This document shows, piece after piece, positions 46,701-57,291 of a stretch of 62,865 bases of DNA. The DNA is from an uncultured virus (IMG/VR IMGVR_UViG_3300032117_000008) (lineage: Duplodnaviria > Heunggongvirae > Uroviricota > Caudoviricetes). Positions within the stretch are counted from its first letter, which is position 1, and each line of letters opens with the position of its first letter. The notes below the pieces were generated by a model that saw nothing but the letters and a program-made list of their open reading frames with translations, did not search any database and was not told where the DNA came from. The translations under genes were made by a program, and so were the position numbers. The stretch lies in the IMG/VR virus record IMGVR_UViG_3300032117_000008; one strand, written 5' to 3'.

Positions 46701-46907
46701 ACACCATTTATAGGGGAATTCGGTGTTTATCAAATATCCGGATATGAAATTGTTGGTAATACTTCCGGTTCTGTTGGTATAATGAGCTTAGTGAAATTGC
46801 CTGATTTAGTTAGAGAATCTGGTCAAGTAATATATCTAGAAAATATGACCCCTTTTAATGTAAATGCAACATCAACTGAACAAGTTAACATAGTTATTAA
46901 ATTTTAG
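43722..46907 (+). CDS. 8: Baseplate wedge gp8-like (extended)
   Basis: R.NW..GTVY..Y, FYV....VYKCIDN, DGYIWKYMF, GHG.DA..ELG, SG.VIY.EN. Confidence 0.82.
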   Translation: MAILTINHNINLVTDFINDVSNGENSYYCFVSKATPWTDANGNIYDSNVPEANNSIFQVEQGTYQNIVYGKRLSNSDVVPMVVRNNWSNGTVYARYNDTDPNLYNENFYVITDQNAVYKCIDNGYSVLTPNGVPSTYEPSSTTTIGNFTTPDGYIWKYMFTVDPTTYNNFQSANYIPVTPNNAVQGNAVPGTIDSLVLTNGGTNYQIYEEGFLQSVVNNYVVQLPSTSSPSDNYYSGSSIYFKAGFGAGQLANIVNYSGTTKLITVNPPFNYYENLQLSNVNGIFNIGNLIYQNIAYITYYYQSGYLNTGDTLIQSDTGVYGTINFSNSTNIVLNEQFKGLSPNYPMYDTSYSAVKRNGKVSISNNSSNVVAVSNNYFSNDFSVGSYIRIGENANTNLRRVVSVNSSIITVNYPFNNILTSANCYYVNNAISINGFSEQTYEGAVVYTNLNSTELSISNTQPSNSSFFLGETVVIVDSSNTSQGANGTVSFANSSNMILNNVNGNVNNLANLYAYGLYSQAKAYINNNISYPNITVSTIEGGFLSGVPVVSAYANGVPSGNALVVSSYTSPNELTEYVISPKVNIEGDGNGALAYCTVDLSGNNPSRSISSIILINGGESYTQANISISSNTLYGSGAIVQPQISPVNGHGYDAYTELGAIYAGLYTKFDTAVNENYSLPLYGSYRTIGIIKNPAIKDAIINLTDFDRIQLGISNTSGTFSIGEIVYQPSSNAAGVISTSNSSSIVLDNYGGTFNFDSSNLANSSTLLYGLISGANSHCTSSNVVYFILPANTEALVDSTSGGTATMTQVISNTQIRVSNVVGKFSQNDLITESLNGNYANIDSIYTSNGTVNSTVNFGSSFNQTARLTLSSNTNNYNLYEYVTQNTTYATGRIISKTDELDLVYNAAASFSVGDILINANTGSNAVVTYANNSSNYLKLSAVNMTGFNETTHKPFNVGDTIKNPSGSKISTINNVYSVLVLDDVRSIVSSNTTPFIGEFGVYQISGYEIVGNTSGSVGIMSLVKLPDLVRESGQVIYLENMTPFNVNATSTEQVNIVIKF

Positions 46908-46915
46908 AGGAAATA

Positions 46916-49900
46916 ATGGCATCGAATACATCCCTTCTTGATACTAATTTGAATACAAGTCCTTATTTTGATGACTATGATCCAACAAAACAATATTATA
47001 AAGTATTGTTTAAGCCTGGTACGGCAGTTCAAGTAAGAGAATTAAATCAGCTTCAATCAATTTTACAGAACCAAATAACCTCGTTCGGTCAAAATATATT
47101 CAAAGAAGGTTCGGTAATTAAAGGTTGTACTTTCACGTTTGATAACAATTACAACTACGTCAAATTGAATGATACGTATGCGAATGGTACTTCTTTAACG
47201 GTTTCGGATTTGGTTGGATATAGCGTCACAAATCCCAACGGGTTGACTGCTACAGTTATTAACTCTTTACCAGGATTGTATTCTAATAATCCTGATCTAA
47301 ACACATTATATATTAAATATTTGAACACAGGAACTTACAGTAACGGCGCTCCTCAAACGCAATTCGCAAATAGCGAACTTCTAACTTTTATTTCTTCTGC
47401 TAATTTAGTTGTTGCAACTGTAGTGTCAGCAAACGTTGCTAATGTATCAGGAAAAGGTTACGCGTTTACTACAACTGAAGGTATTATTTTTAAAAAGGGG
47501 TATTTCATTTATGTTGATCCTCAAACCGCTGTAATCGACAAATACTCAAATCAGCCCGATGGTATTTCTGTTGGATTCGAGGCTACTGAAGAATTAATAA
47601 CTGCAAGTAATGATACAAGCCTTTATGATAACGCTGCTGGTGCCCCAAATTATTCTGCGCCGGGTGCTGATCGCCTTAAATTAATTCCTACACTTGTTAC
47701 AATACCAACAAACACAGCGAATACTACAACTTTCTTTTCTTTGGTTGATTTCAAACAAGGCGCGCCGATAACAATAAGACAGGATACCCAATTTAATTCT
47801 ATCGCTATAGAAGAAGCACGTAGATCGTACGAAACTAATGGAAACTTCGTAGTTAATCCTTTTATTGTTTCATCACAAAGTTTGGCAAATACATCTGATC
47901 CGGATTACGCCACTCATTATAATGCTTTGGTTAGCGCAGGAATAGGCTACGTTAACGGTTACAGAGTTCAGTTTATTAATAGTAATGCATTCAAAGCGAG
48001 AAGAGGAACAGATTATGCCAACGTTTCTCAACAAAATGTTTCTTTGAATTTTGGTTATTATGTGTTATTAGACGAATTGTCTGGCGAATTCGGCGATTCA
48101 AATAAAATCATTCAAGTTCAATTACACAGCGTTCCAAAAACTTCTGTAACTAATAGAACTTTCCTAGGTACCAGTTTTTCTCCAACAACGCAAATAGGAA
48201 CAGCGTACATAAGAGGATTTTCTTATAATAGCGGATCTCCAGGAGCAAATACAGCTCAGTATAGATTATATCTATTTGATATTTCGATGAATCCTGGTTC
48301 TAATTTTAATAATGTAAAAAGCGTAATTTATTATGATAGTTCTTTAAAAGGCGTTGCCGATATTGTTCTAGATTATAATATTTCTTCTAATAATTATATC
48401 GCTTCTATCAAATCACCATATTTGAATAGTATGATCTATCCATTTGGTCAAAATGCATTATCATCAAACGGATTTAATAATACAGAATTTGATTATAGAA
48501 AAATATCAAATACAAATTTTTCTAGTAGCGCAACTAATTCTATCGCGACTGTCGGGATAACAACTCCTCCTTCTGGTTCCGATAGTTTCCTTTATTTGGG
48601 AACTCTATCTTCTTCTCAAATGAATGATTTTATTGTTGTTCCAACGTCAAACGGTTATTCAACTAATAAAACTGGAACGGTTACAGTTTCAAGCTCAAGT
48701 AACGTTGTTACAGGTTCCGGCACTTCGTTCTTAACAGATTATGCCGTTGGCGATTTTATTCTTACAAACACATCAGATGTTAGAACTATAACTTCAATAT
48801 CTAATAATGTTTATTTGACTGTAGATAATACTTTTTCTTCTAGCGTAGGAAGTTTGACTCACCAGAAAGCGTTTATTACAGGAAACCCAATACCATTTTC
48901 AACAAGACCAAATAGATCAATGAATATTTCCGCAAATACGTTGACTATTTCTCTTGGCGAGGGTGCGAACGCAGCTTTTAACATTCAAGTAGCTTCTTCT
49001 ATTGCTAGATCAGGCGCTACGTCGATACAAAAAATTATTAACAAAAACGTTTTTGTTAAAATCGATTGTTCTAACAACATCAACAAAAACGTAGGTCCAT
49101 GGGAATTAGGTATACCTGATGTTTTCAATGTTGACGGTGTATATATTGATACGAGCGGGAATAAAACTTATACAAATACTTCAACAAATTACGCAAGTTA
49201 TTTCAGTTTAGATAACGGCCAAAGAGATGCTTACTATGACTTAGCAACTTTGAATGTTGTAACAAATTCTCCTGCAGACCGTATTAATGCAAATACAACG
49301 ATTTTAGTTCAGTTGTCGGCGTTTACTCATCAATCGGGTTCTGGATATTTTACTTGTAATTCTTATCCAATTGACGACGTAAATACATCAAACGTTAACG
49401 CGATAACAACTGCTGAAATACCAACTTATTCAAGTTCTGGTGGTTATTATTTCGATTTAAGAAATTGTATTGATTTTAGACCTGTTTCTTCAAACACTGC
49501 AAACGTGGCTACAAGCATAGCAACAGCGACTGTTAATCCTTCATCAACATTAAGTTTTAATGGAACTCCTATATTACCAGATCCTGATTCTATTTTTATT
49601 ACAGACCTTGCGTATTATCTTTCAAGAACAGATAGACTAGCTATCGATACTTCTGGTAATATTGTTATCACCGAAGGATTGCCCGCTGTTGCAAATCCTC
49701 CAGCGCCGTCCGAACAAAATGGTACGATGACTCTTTCATTGTTATCAATCCCGCCTTATCCTTCTTTGACAACCAACGAAGCCAAAGAGTACAACAGATA
49801 TGATTTGGCTATTCAATCAGCGACAAGTCAAAATAGAAGATATACTATGAAGGACATTAAGTCCTTGGATACAAGAATTACAAATCTTGAATACTATACT

Positions 49901-50572
49901 TCATTATCTCTTCTAGAACAATCAGCGGCTGCATTACAAATAAAAACCACAACGACAGGTCAGACAAGATTTCAGAACGGTATCTTTGTTGATCCGTTCA
50001 CTGGTTTTGATCTTTCTAATACACTAGATCCTAAGTATTATATGGCTATTGATCCAATGACAAACACATTAAGACCTGCGTTTGTCCAAATGCGTTCTGA
50101 TTTTGCCTTTGATTCTTCATTAAGTTCTGGTGTTCAGCAACATGGTGAACTTATTATGTTGCCGCATACAAGCAATAATGTTTATATTAAACAACAATAT
50201 GCTTCTAAGTATAGAAATTGTATTGAAGGTAACATTTATACTTGGATAGGAACAATAACTTTAACTCCTTCTGGTTCTATTTCGCCAGATACAACAACAA
50301 GTCCAAGCGTTGTTAATAATCTTGATCTAGCACAAAACTGGCTTAATCTTCAAAATGCTTGGGGAACTCAGTGGGGTAATTGGCAAACACTTTCAACAAC
50401 TTCATCAAATACATTGATTACAGCTTCTTCTACAGTAAGTCAGAGAATTGGTGATCCATTGACACCGCCTCCTTCATCTGATGATGGTGGTACACCACCT
50501 CCTGTATATCAATGGTCTGATAGTGGAGATGGTCTTGGTATAGTAGGAACTTCTCCTTATGGTGATAGTTAA
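46916..50572 (+). CDS. DUF4815/VrlC-like virion protein, part 1
   Basis: SPYFDDYD..K.YYKVLFKPG.AVQ.RELNQLQ, APGADRLK, RRYTMKDI, LEYYTSLSLLE, NGIFVDPF. Confidence 0.75.
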   Translation: MASNTSLLDTNLNTSPYFDDYDPTKQYYKVLFKPGTAVQVRELNQLQSILQNQITSFGQNIFKEGSVIKGCTFTFDNNYNYVKLNDTYANGTSLTVSDLVGYSVTNPNGLTATVINSLPGLYSNNPDLNTLYIKYLNTGTYSNGAPQTQFANSELLTFISSANLVVATVVSANVANVSGKGYAFTTTEGIIFKKGYFIYVDPQTAVIDKYSNQPDGISVGFEATEELITASNDTSLYDNAAGAPNYSAPGADRLKLIPTLVTIPTNTANTTTFFSLVDFKQGAPITIRQDTQFNSIAIEEARRSYETNGNFVVNPFIVSSQSLANTSDPDYATHYNALVSAGIGYVNGYRVQFINSNAFKARRGTDYANVSQQNVSLNFGYYVLLDELSGEFGDSNKIIQVQLHSVPKTSVTNRTFLGTSFSPTTQIGTAYIRGFSYNSGSPGANTAQYRLYLFDISMNPGSNFNNVKSVIYYDSSLKGVADIVLDYNISSNNYIASIKSPYLNSMIYPFGQNALSSNGFNNTEFDYRKISNTNFSSSATNSIATVGITTPPSGSDSFLYLGTLSSSQMNDFIVVPTSNGYSTNKTGTVTVSSSSNVVTGSGTSFLTDYAVGDFILTNTSDVRTITSISNNVYLTVDNTFSSSVGSLTHQKAFITGNPIPFSTRPNRSMNISANTLTISLGEGANAAFNIQVASSIARSGATSIQKIINKNVFVKIDCSNNINKNVGPWELGIPDVFNVDGVYIDTSGNKTYTNTSTNYASYFSLDNGQRDAYYDLATLNVVTNSPADRINANTTILVQLSAFTHQSGSGYFTCNSYPIDDVNTSNVNAITTAEIPTYSSSGGYYFDLRNCIDFRPVSSNTANVATSIATATVNPSSTLSFNGTPILPDPDSIFITDLAYYLSRTDRLAIDTSGNIVITEGLPAVANPPAPSEQNGTMTLSLLSIPPYPSLTTNEAKEYNRYDLAIQSATSQNRRYTMKDIKSLDTRITNLEYYTSLSLLEQSAAALQIKTTTTGQTRFQNGIFVDPFTGFDLSNTLDPKYYMAIDPMTNTLRPAFVQMRSDFAFDSSLSSGVQQHGELIMLPHTSNNVYIKQQYASKYRNCIEGNIYTWIGTITLTPSGSISPDTTTSPSVVNNLDLAQNWLNLQNAWGTQWGNWQTLSTTSSNTLITASSTVSQRIGDPLTPPPSSDDGGTPPPVYQWSDSGDGLGIVGTSPYGDS

Positions 50573-50610
50573 AGATAGTAGAATAAATAATCAATTTAAA
50601 GGTAAAATAA

Positions 50611-51759
50611 ATGGCAGGAACGCTAAACACAACTACTACACAAACATTAGCGGTAACTTCTTCGGTCCAGCAACAAATAGGTACACAGTTAACAAATAGT
50701 GTATCAAATCAATTGTTGAATTTGGGAAATTTTGTTACTAATGTTAGTATATTACCATTCATACCTTCAGCAACAATCCAATTTAATGCGGTTGGTATGA
50801 AACCTAATACTCGTCTATATGCTTATTTTAATAATGTTCCTGTTTCAGCTTGGTGTGCCCCAATATTGCCGGGGTATGACCCTTCCACTCTAGCTGGATC
50901 ACAATTATGTACACCTTTTGGAACTCCTTTGTATAGTGATTCTAATGGTAATGTTTCTGGTATATTTCGTATTCCAGCTAATACATTTCAATCACAACAA
51001 ATAACTTTTGAACTAAATGATATTTCTGATCTTTCACAAGGTTCTAGTGCCATAACAACACAAGCAGATGGTGTTTATTATGGTAGTACATTGTCTGTTG
51101 CTAGTGGGGCTAGTTTATTAAATACAAGACAAACTGTATTATCATCAACACAAGTTACACAACAACAAACAGTTCAAGGATTGGCAGTTGCAACAGCCGT
51201 AACACAGCAATACATTCCAGACCCAACACCACCAACAAGTGGTGGCGGTGATAACTGTGGGTGTGGATCAATTATTTGTACAAAATTGTATGAACTTGGT
51301 TTGATGGACGAAGACACATATAAAGCAGATCAAGAATTTGGTGAATATTTAAGATCATATGATCCTGATACATATTGGGGATATATAAAATGGGCTTCAA
51401 TAGTCGTTGACTGGATGTCTGGAAATACTCCAGATGTAATGTTCTGGATTAAAGATTTAGAAAAGCGTCGCGCCAAAGAATTGGAACTTACTCTTAAAAT
51501 AACACACAGAATTGCCACTCCTTGGGCTCAACATATGCAATTTTTAATGGGTAAAAGAGAAAAAGACAACAAAGTTGGAAAATTAATTATGAATGTTGGT
51601 AAACCTATTAGTAAAATTATATATAAATTGCCTTTCTTTAATAAAAAATCACCAAGCAAAGGAACAAAATATTTTATGCTTGGGTTATTTTTTGTTCTTT
51701 ATTCGATAAGCAAAGTATTTGGTGATAATTTTGGTTTTGAAAAATCAATAAATATTTAA
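50611..51759 (+). CDS. DUF4815-like virion protein, part 2, with an appended IICT domain and TM tail
   Basis: GMKPNTRLYAYF, SDSNG.VSG.F.IP, then GGG..IICTKLYELG..GY..WA. Confidence 0.65.
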   Translation: MAGTLNTTTTQTLAVTSSVQQQIGTQLTNSVSNQLLNLGNFVTNVSILPFIPSATIQFNAVGMKPNTRLYAYFNNVPVSAWCAPILPGYDPSTLAGSQLCTPFGTPLYSDSNGNVSGIFRIPANTFQSQQITFELNDISDLSQGSSAITTQADGVYYGSTLSVASGASLLNTRQTVLSSTQVTQQQTVQGLAVATAVTQQYIPDPTPPTSGGGDNCGCGSIICTKLYELGLMDEDTYKADQEFGEYLRSYDPDTYWGYIKWASIVVDWMSGNTPDVMFWIKDLEKRRAKELELTLKITHRIATPWAQHMQFLMGKREKDNKVGKLIMNVGKPISKIIYKLPFFNKKSPSKGTKYFMLGLFFVLYSISKVFGDNFGFEKSINI

Positions 51760-51783
51760 AATTAAAAGAGGTATAAGAAAAAT

Positions 51784-54255
51784 ATGAATCCAATTGGTCA
51801 AACATTTTACGTTAGTGAACCTTCAACCGGAGTTCCCGGTGTTTATATAACTCAAATTGACGTTTTCTTTCAGTCTGTAAGCCCTACTTATGGAATTGAA
51901 TTACAATTAAGAACAACTTTAAATGGCGTTCCAACACAAGAACGTTTGCCTTTTGCTAGTATAATTTTACTTCCAACAGATGTAAATCCTCCTGTTGCGT
52001 CTTCTGATGCTTCGGTTGCAACTTCGTTTGTTTTTGATACTCCTGTTTTTGTTCAGTCTGGTCTATCATATGCTATTGTCTTATTACCTCTTGGTGGTAA
52101 TCCGGACTATAATATATGGACTGCTGAAATTGGCGGCACTGATTCTGTTACAAATTCACCAATTTATACAAATAACGATACCGGTGATTTGTTTCTTTCA
52201 TCAAATGATAAAGATTGGACTCCAATAATTACCGAAGATATGAAATTTACAATATATATTGCTAATTTTACTTCTCTTTCGGGAACAGCTGTTTTTAGAA
52301 CACCCGATGAAGATTATGCAGAATTATATAATATAAACGGTTCTTTTGCCCTTGGAGAACCTCTTTATCCAACGAATACAGCGATGAATATAGCTGTTCT
52401 TAATGTAACAGGCGTTTTAGGTTCGTTCAATAACGGAGATCAAGTTTATCAATCAAACGGTTCGTCAAATACTGCTACAGGCGTTGTGTACAGCGCAAAT
52501 TCTTCTGTTATTAAACTTTCCAACACCACTGGCGGGTTTTCAAGCACATATTATACGACGTTATATAATTCTGCTTCAGTTTCTAATGCAGTAGTTACAG
52601 TGGTTTCACAAAACGCATCAATAACCACTTCTTCAAACACTTTCTCGGTTCCAGATAGTTCTGTATTTTCTAATGGAGATTTTATCTATATTTCTACGAA
52701 CACAGGATCTAAAACTAGATTATTTAAAGTTTCGGGTATACCAAATTCAACAACCGTTGCTTTTTCTAATGTGTTTGTTTCAAGTCTTGCTACTTCCGAT
52801 TTTACAGACACGAATTGTATTTACGGTAAAGTATTATACAACGGTACTTTACACGGTGGATTGGGATCTTTGAAAGTTTTCCCAGATTTCACAAGAATAA
52901 TTCTTGATAACGTTTCAAGTACAACATCTAATAATTTTAATGCTGCGATAGGTAATAAAATTGTGGGTATTTTCTCCGGAGCCAGTGCAACAGTTCATAA
53001 TGTAATTAATGTCCCATATAATCAAATATCTCCAAATATCACAAATATATCCCCGGCAAATACCGGTATTTCTTGGCAATTTACTGGCGTTCAAAACAAT
53101 CCTTCATTTACTCCCGACGCTTTTGGTATTAATATTAATGAAGGTCTTTCGAATGAACAATATGACTTTGAAAGAGTTGTTCTTTCAAGAAGTAATGAAT
53201 TGTCCGCAATGCCTGTTGGAAGAACTGGTGAAAGAACTGTTAAGATATCAGCATCTTTCAATTCTTCGAATAATAAAATCAGTCCTGTTATTGACACATT
53301 AAGTAAAGTTTCTAACTTCTCATTGAACCTTTGTAGCCCAAGTTACGATTTACAAGGTTATTATTTGAATGTGTCTAATTCTACTGGAACATTTGCTAAT
53401 GGTAATATTGTAACACAAAATGGTGCAGTTGCTACAGTTAGATTTGCGAATAGTTCATTTATCAGAATAACTGATGTAACTCAAGGTTCATATTTTCAAG
53501 CTAATTCGACACCATTGATTGATACAATTAGCGGCGCAAACGCTGTTATTACGACAGCTGAATTTTATAGTGAATTACATAATAACGGATTATTTTCCGC
53601 TTCGCGTTATATTTCTAAAACAGTTTCGCTTGCTCAAACTTCAGAAGATATTGTTGTTTACATTGGCGCTTGGAGACCAGCGCCGTCAAATATAAGAATG
53701 TACGTAAGAGCTAAAAACAATCAAGATTCAAGAGATTTTAATAATGTAGTTTATTCTAGATTAACTGAAACTTCGTCGCCAAGTTTAATAAGTAGTTCAG
53801 GAAATCCTAATGATTTGGTAGAATTGACATATGGATTCCCACAAAGTATTAATTTATATACAAACGGAGTTGTTTGTAACACTTCTTCTAATGTAGTTAA
53901 TTTATTCACAACTTCCGGATTGACTTCAGGTCAGATAGTTTACCTTTCGGATTCAGCGCAATCTAAGTTTAACGTGAGAGTTATTTCTTCAATTGTCAAC
54001 AGCAGCGCAATTACACTGACAAATAACACTTCATTCAATTCAACTAATTCCGCTTTCGGCACTATTCCTAGCTTACAATCTGTTAGTGGTATTTTCTTAA
54101 ACGATCAAAACAATAATATTGCTAGATACGTAACGATTGATGATTTAGTATTTGATGGTTTTGATCAATTCTCTGTTAAAATCGTACCCGTTTCAAATAC
54201 AACCGCTCTTGTTCCTCATGTTACGGACCTAAGAGTAATAGCGATGCAAGTGTAA
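51784..54255 (+). CDS. DUF4815-like virion protein, part 3
   Basis: NPIGQTF, YITQIDVFF, LFLSSN..WT....DMKF, SPVID, YISKTV.L, P.V.DLRVIA. Confidence 0.7.
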   Translation: MNPIGQTFYVSEPSTGVPGVYITQIDVFFQSVSPTYGIELQLRTTLNGVPTQERLPFASIILLPTDVNPPVASSDASVATSFVFDTPVFVQSGLSYAIVLLPLGGNPDYNIWTAEIGGTDSVTNSPIYTNNDTGDLFLSSNDKDWTPIITEDMKFTIYIANFTSLSGTAVFRTPDEDYAELYNINGSFALGEPLYPTNTAMNIAVLNVTGVLGSFNNGDQVYQSNGSSNTATGVVYSANSSVIKLSNTTGGFSSTYYTTLYNSASVSNAVVTVVSQNASITTSSNTFSVPDSSVFSNGDFIYISTNTGSKTRLFKVSGIPNSTTVAFSNVFVSSLATSDFTDTNCIYGKVLYNGTLHGGLGSLKVFPDFTRIILDNVSSTTSNNFNAAIGNKIVGIFSGASATVHNVINVPYNQISPNITNISPANTGISWQFTGVQNNPSFTPDAFGININEGLSNEQYDFERVVLSRSNELSAMPVGRTGERTVKISASFNSSNNKISPVIDTLSKVSNFSLNLCSPSYDLQGYYLNVSNSTGTFANGNIVTQNGAVATVRFANSSFIRITDVTQGSYFQANSTPLIDTISGANAVITTAEFYSELHNNGLFSASRYISKTVSLAQTSEDIVVYIGAWRPAPSNIRMYVRAKNNQDSRDFNNVVYSRLTETSSPSLISSSGNPNDLVELTYGFPQSINLYTNGVVCNTSSNVVNLFTTSGLTSGQIVYLSDSAQSKFNVRVISSIVNSSAITLTNNTSFNSTNSAFGTIPSLQSVSGIFLNDQNNNIARYVTIDDLVFDGFDQFSVKIVPVSNTTALVPHVTDLRVIAMQV

Positions 54256-54257
54256 AA

Positions 54258-54467
54258 ATGGAAGAAAATTATATTAAAGTAAAAGATCATCCAAATTTAG
54301 TTAGAGACAAAAGAAGTAGTGCTATATTGAATATAGATAACTCTGCTTATAATAAATATAAACAAGAACGTGATCAAAAGCTTCAAGAAAAAAAAGAATA
54401 TGAACAATTGAAAAAAGATGTTTCTGAGATCAAAGATTTACTTTTAAAAATATTGGAACAAAAATAA
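54258..54467 (+). CDS. Conserved small T4-like protein
   Basis: KVKDHPNLVRD..S.AILN, EIKDLL. Confidence 0.7.
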   Translation: MEENYIKVKDHPNLVRDKRSSAILNIDNSAYNKYKQERDQKLQEKKEYEQLKKDVSEIKDLLLKILEQK

Positions 54468-56906
54468 ATGTCAGTTACCTTAAGTCCAGTAGTAAATGCT
54501 CAATCTTTCGGAACTTGGTTGGCCAGAACTAACCAAGCATTGGCTGTTATTACCGCCAATGCGGTAACTACGGATACTAGTTCTCAAGGTGGTTTTACTA
54601 CCGGAAATGGAACTGTTAATGGCGTATTTGGTTCTACACAAACTATTTTTACTACTGGAAATTTAAGAGGCGGTAATGTAACGGCTTCTAATACATTATC
54701 AATTTCTTCAAACGCTCAATTTACTTACGGATCTAACAACCTTGTAATTGTTACTTCTAACGGTTCTTCTACAAATCTCTCTGTTACGGTAAATAGCGTT
54801 TCTATTTCTACAAATTTAAATACAACGATTATTTCTAATAATTTTGTTGTTAATTCTTCTGTAAATACAGTTTTCAACAGTTCGAATTTTTACGTTAACT
54901 CTAATTTTTACGTAACTGGCGTATCAAATTTCAACGCCAATTCTTCTTATACTATCTTTAATGTAAATTCTGCGGCTGTATCAATAACCGCAAACGCCGT
55001 TTCTACAACTATTAATTCTAACACAACTCTTAACGGCACTAATTTCGCAGTTAACGCCAACACATCTTTGAATAATAATTTATCTATTGTAGGTAATACA
55101 ACTTTATCTAATACTCTATCTGTTGTAGGTAATACAACTTTATCTAATACTCTATCTGTTGTAGGTAATACAACTTTATCTAATACTCTATCTGTTACCG
55201 GATTAATAACGGGAACTGGTGGTTCAACAATAACTGGAACATCAAACGTTTCTTCAGCGGTCAACGTGGGAGCAAACGTAAACATAACAACTGCTCTAAT
55301 AAACGTTGGTAATTCTACAGTTAATTCTGTCGTAACTTCTCAATCTTTTTCGGTGTCTAACAATAATTCAGTTGTAACTCAAAATACTTCAGGTTTATTC
55401 GTAGGATCTAACGTAACTGTTAATTCTTCTAGCGTTTTTATAGGTAATTCTACAGTAAATTCATTACATAATTCTACACAATTATCTATAAGTAATTCTT
55501 CTTCAATGTTTAGCATTTCTACTAATGCTTTAAACGTTGGAAACTCTTCTGTTAATACTTCTGTTACTATAAATTCTATAAGCGTTGGTTCCAATTCTTT
55601 TATCAACACAAACAATATAGGAATTTTAGGAAACAACACTGTCTCAACTATTACTTTAAATAATAGTGGTATTGTCGCAGGAAATTCATCAGTATCAAAT
55701 TCTCCTCAAATTATAATTGGAAATACTTCTGGTATAACAACAATCAACACAAATTCTATCGGTTCAAATTGGGGGCTTACATCTAACAGTTCAGGAATTT
55801 ATACTTCTGGAATTGTTAATGCAACTTCTCATATTGTTGGAACTTCTTTTATTGCAAACGCTTCGGGAGTATATACAACAGGAATAGTTAATGCGGCTAA
55901 TTTTTCGACTACTGGATCTGTCAATACTTCAACAGTGTATGCGTCCGGAACTATTAATGCTTCTTCGTTTACAGCTGGTAGTAATTTATCCGTAAATAAC
56001 ACGTTAATTACTATTGGAAACAATTCAGTTAATACACAAATTAATTCCAGCTCAATTAGTACATCTAGTTTTTCTGCGAACGCTCTATCAATTAACAACG
56101 TTGTTGGTTCAACAAATGTTATAACCGTATCAAATAATCTTATACTTATTGGTAATAGTTCAGTTAATACACAAATAACAACAAGTTCTTTACAAACAAA
56201 TACAATTACAGCAAACACAATAAGTGTATATAATATGAATGTTTCGGGCGTTCTTACTGGAACGTTTTCTGCGGGCGGTAATATTATACCGACGTCTAAC
56301 AATTTATACTATATCGGTAGTTCTTCAAACGTTTTTTCCCAATTCTTTTCTTCAAATGCAACCATATCTAATTTATATTCAATAGGTTCATCATTAAATA
56401 TAAATTCTAACACTATCTTTTCTTCAAATGTAACTATAAATGCTAACGTTTCTATTACCGGTAATGCAACTATTGGTAACGTAAGTACAAATGTTGTTAA
56501 CAGCAGCACTATTAATTCTAATACAATCAATACAAATACAATTAATTCTAATACTGTTTCTAGTAATTCTATAGCTTTTGTAGTTTCAAGTATTTTTACA
56601 AACACGTATTCTTTTGTAAATAATCAAGCTAATACAGTTGATAGTTTTCCAATAGGAACTTATCGTTCGGCCGAATATATTATACAAATTACGGACACTT
56701 CGTCGGGAAATAAATATCACATGTCTAAAATACATGTAATACAAGACGGAACTTCTACATATATGACCGAATACGGTTCGATTTATAATTCTGCAATTCT
56801 TGGCACATTTACTTCTTCTATATCAGGTGGTAATTTAAACCTAATTTGTACTCCATATTCGTCAAATAGCGTTGTAAAATTAACTAAAATTCTAACGGTA
56901 GTGTAA
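54468..56906 (+). CDS. Asn/Ser/Thr-rich tail fibre/appendage protein
   Basis: F..W..RTN start, GNSSVN repeats, YRSAEY.IQ..TEYG C-terminal domain. Confidence 0.7.
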   Translation: MSVTLSPVVNAQSFGTWLARTNQALAVITANAVTTDTSSQGGFTTGNGTVNGVFGSTQTIFTTGNLRGGNVTASNTLSISSNAQFTYGSNNLVIVTSNGSSTNLSVTVNSVSISTNLNTTIISNNFVVNSSVNTVFNSSNFYVNSNFYVTGVSNFNANSSYTIFNVNSAAVSITANAVSTTINSNTTLNGTNFAVNANTSLNNNLSIVGNTTLSNTLSVVGNTTLSNTLSVVGNTTLSNTLSVTGLITGTGGSTITGTSNVSSAVNVGANVNITTALINVGNSTVNSVVTSQSFSVSNNNSVVTQNTSGLFVGSNVTVNSSSVFIGNSTVNSLHNSTQLSISNSSSMFSISTNALNVGNSSVNTSVTINSISVGSNSFINTNNIGILGNNTVSTITLNNSGIVAGNSSVSNSPQIIIGNTSGITTINTNSIGSNWGLTSNSSGIYTSGIVNATSHIVGTSFIANASGVYTTGIVNAANFSTTGSVNTSTVYASGTINASSFTAGSNLSVNNTLITIGNNSVNTQINSSSISTSSFSANALSINNVVGSTNVITVSNNLILIGNSSVNTQITTSSLQTNTITANTISVYNMNVSGVLTGTFSAGGNIIPTSNNLYYIGSSSNVFSQFFSSNATISNLYSIGSSLNINSNTIFSSNVTINANVSITGNATIGNVSTNVVNSSTINSNTINTNTINSNTVSSNSIAFVVSSIFTNTYSFVNNQANTVDSFPIGTYRSAEYIIQITDTSSGNKYHMSKIHVIQDGTSTYMTEYGSIYNSAILGTFTSSISGGNLNLICTPYSSNSVVKLTKILTVV
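55087..55194 (+). repeat. 36-bp perfect tandem repeat x3 (VGNTTLSNTLSV)
   Basis: TTGTAGGTAATACAACTTTATCTAATACTCTATCTG three times, in frame. Confidence 0.92.
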
Positions 56907-57289
56907 TGGCAACAAAAGCAAATCTCGTTATTGATCAAGGAACAACGTTTTCCACAGATCTAAATTTAACTGACGATAATGGAGATCCTCTAAACCTTAA
57001 TGGGTTTGTGGCAAATTCAGTAATTAAAAAATGGTATACTTCTCAAACTTATGTCCCATTTAACGCTTCTATTAATACTTCTTCCGGAACTATAACTTTA
57101 GAACTAGATGCTTCTATATCGGCAAATCTTTATTCAGGAAGGTATGTTTATGATGTTAATATAACAGAAGTAGCGACTAATTCGGTTTCTAGAGTTGTCG
57201 AAGGTATTATAACTGTTACTCCCGCAGTGACAGGCGGAATTTATTCTACAAATAATACTTGGTGGGCGAACGGTTATACGGACGGTTAA
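56906..57289 (+). CDS. Virion structural/adaptor protein
   Basis: NLVIDQGTTF, GRYVYDV, RVVEGIITVTP. Confidence 0.75.
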   Translation: MATKANLVIDQGTTFSTDLNLTDDNGDPLNLNGFVANSVIKKWYTSQTYVPFNASINTSSGTITLELDASISANLYSGRYVYDVNITEVATNSVSRVVEGIITVTPAVTGGIYSTNNTWWANGYTDG

Positions 57290-57291
57290 AA

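Noticed and set aside
55087..55194. CRISPR or DGR repeat
   Set aside because: In-frame coding tandem repeat; no adenine-specific variant pair and no reverse transcriptase in the window
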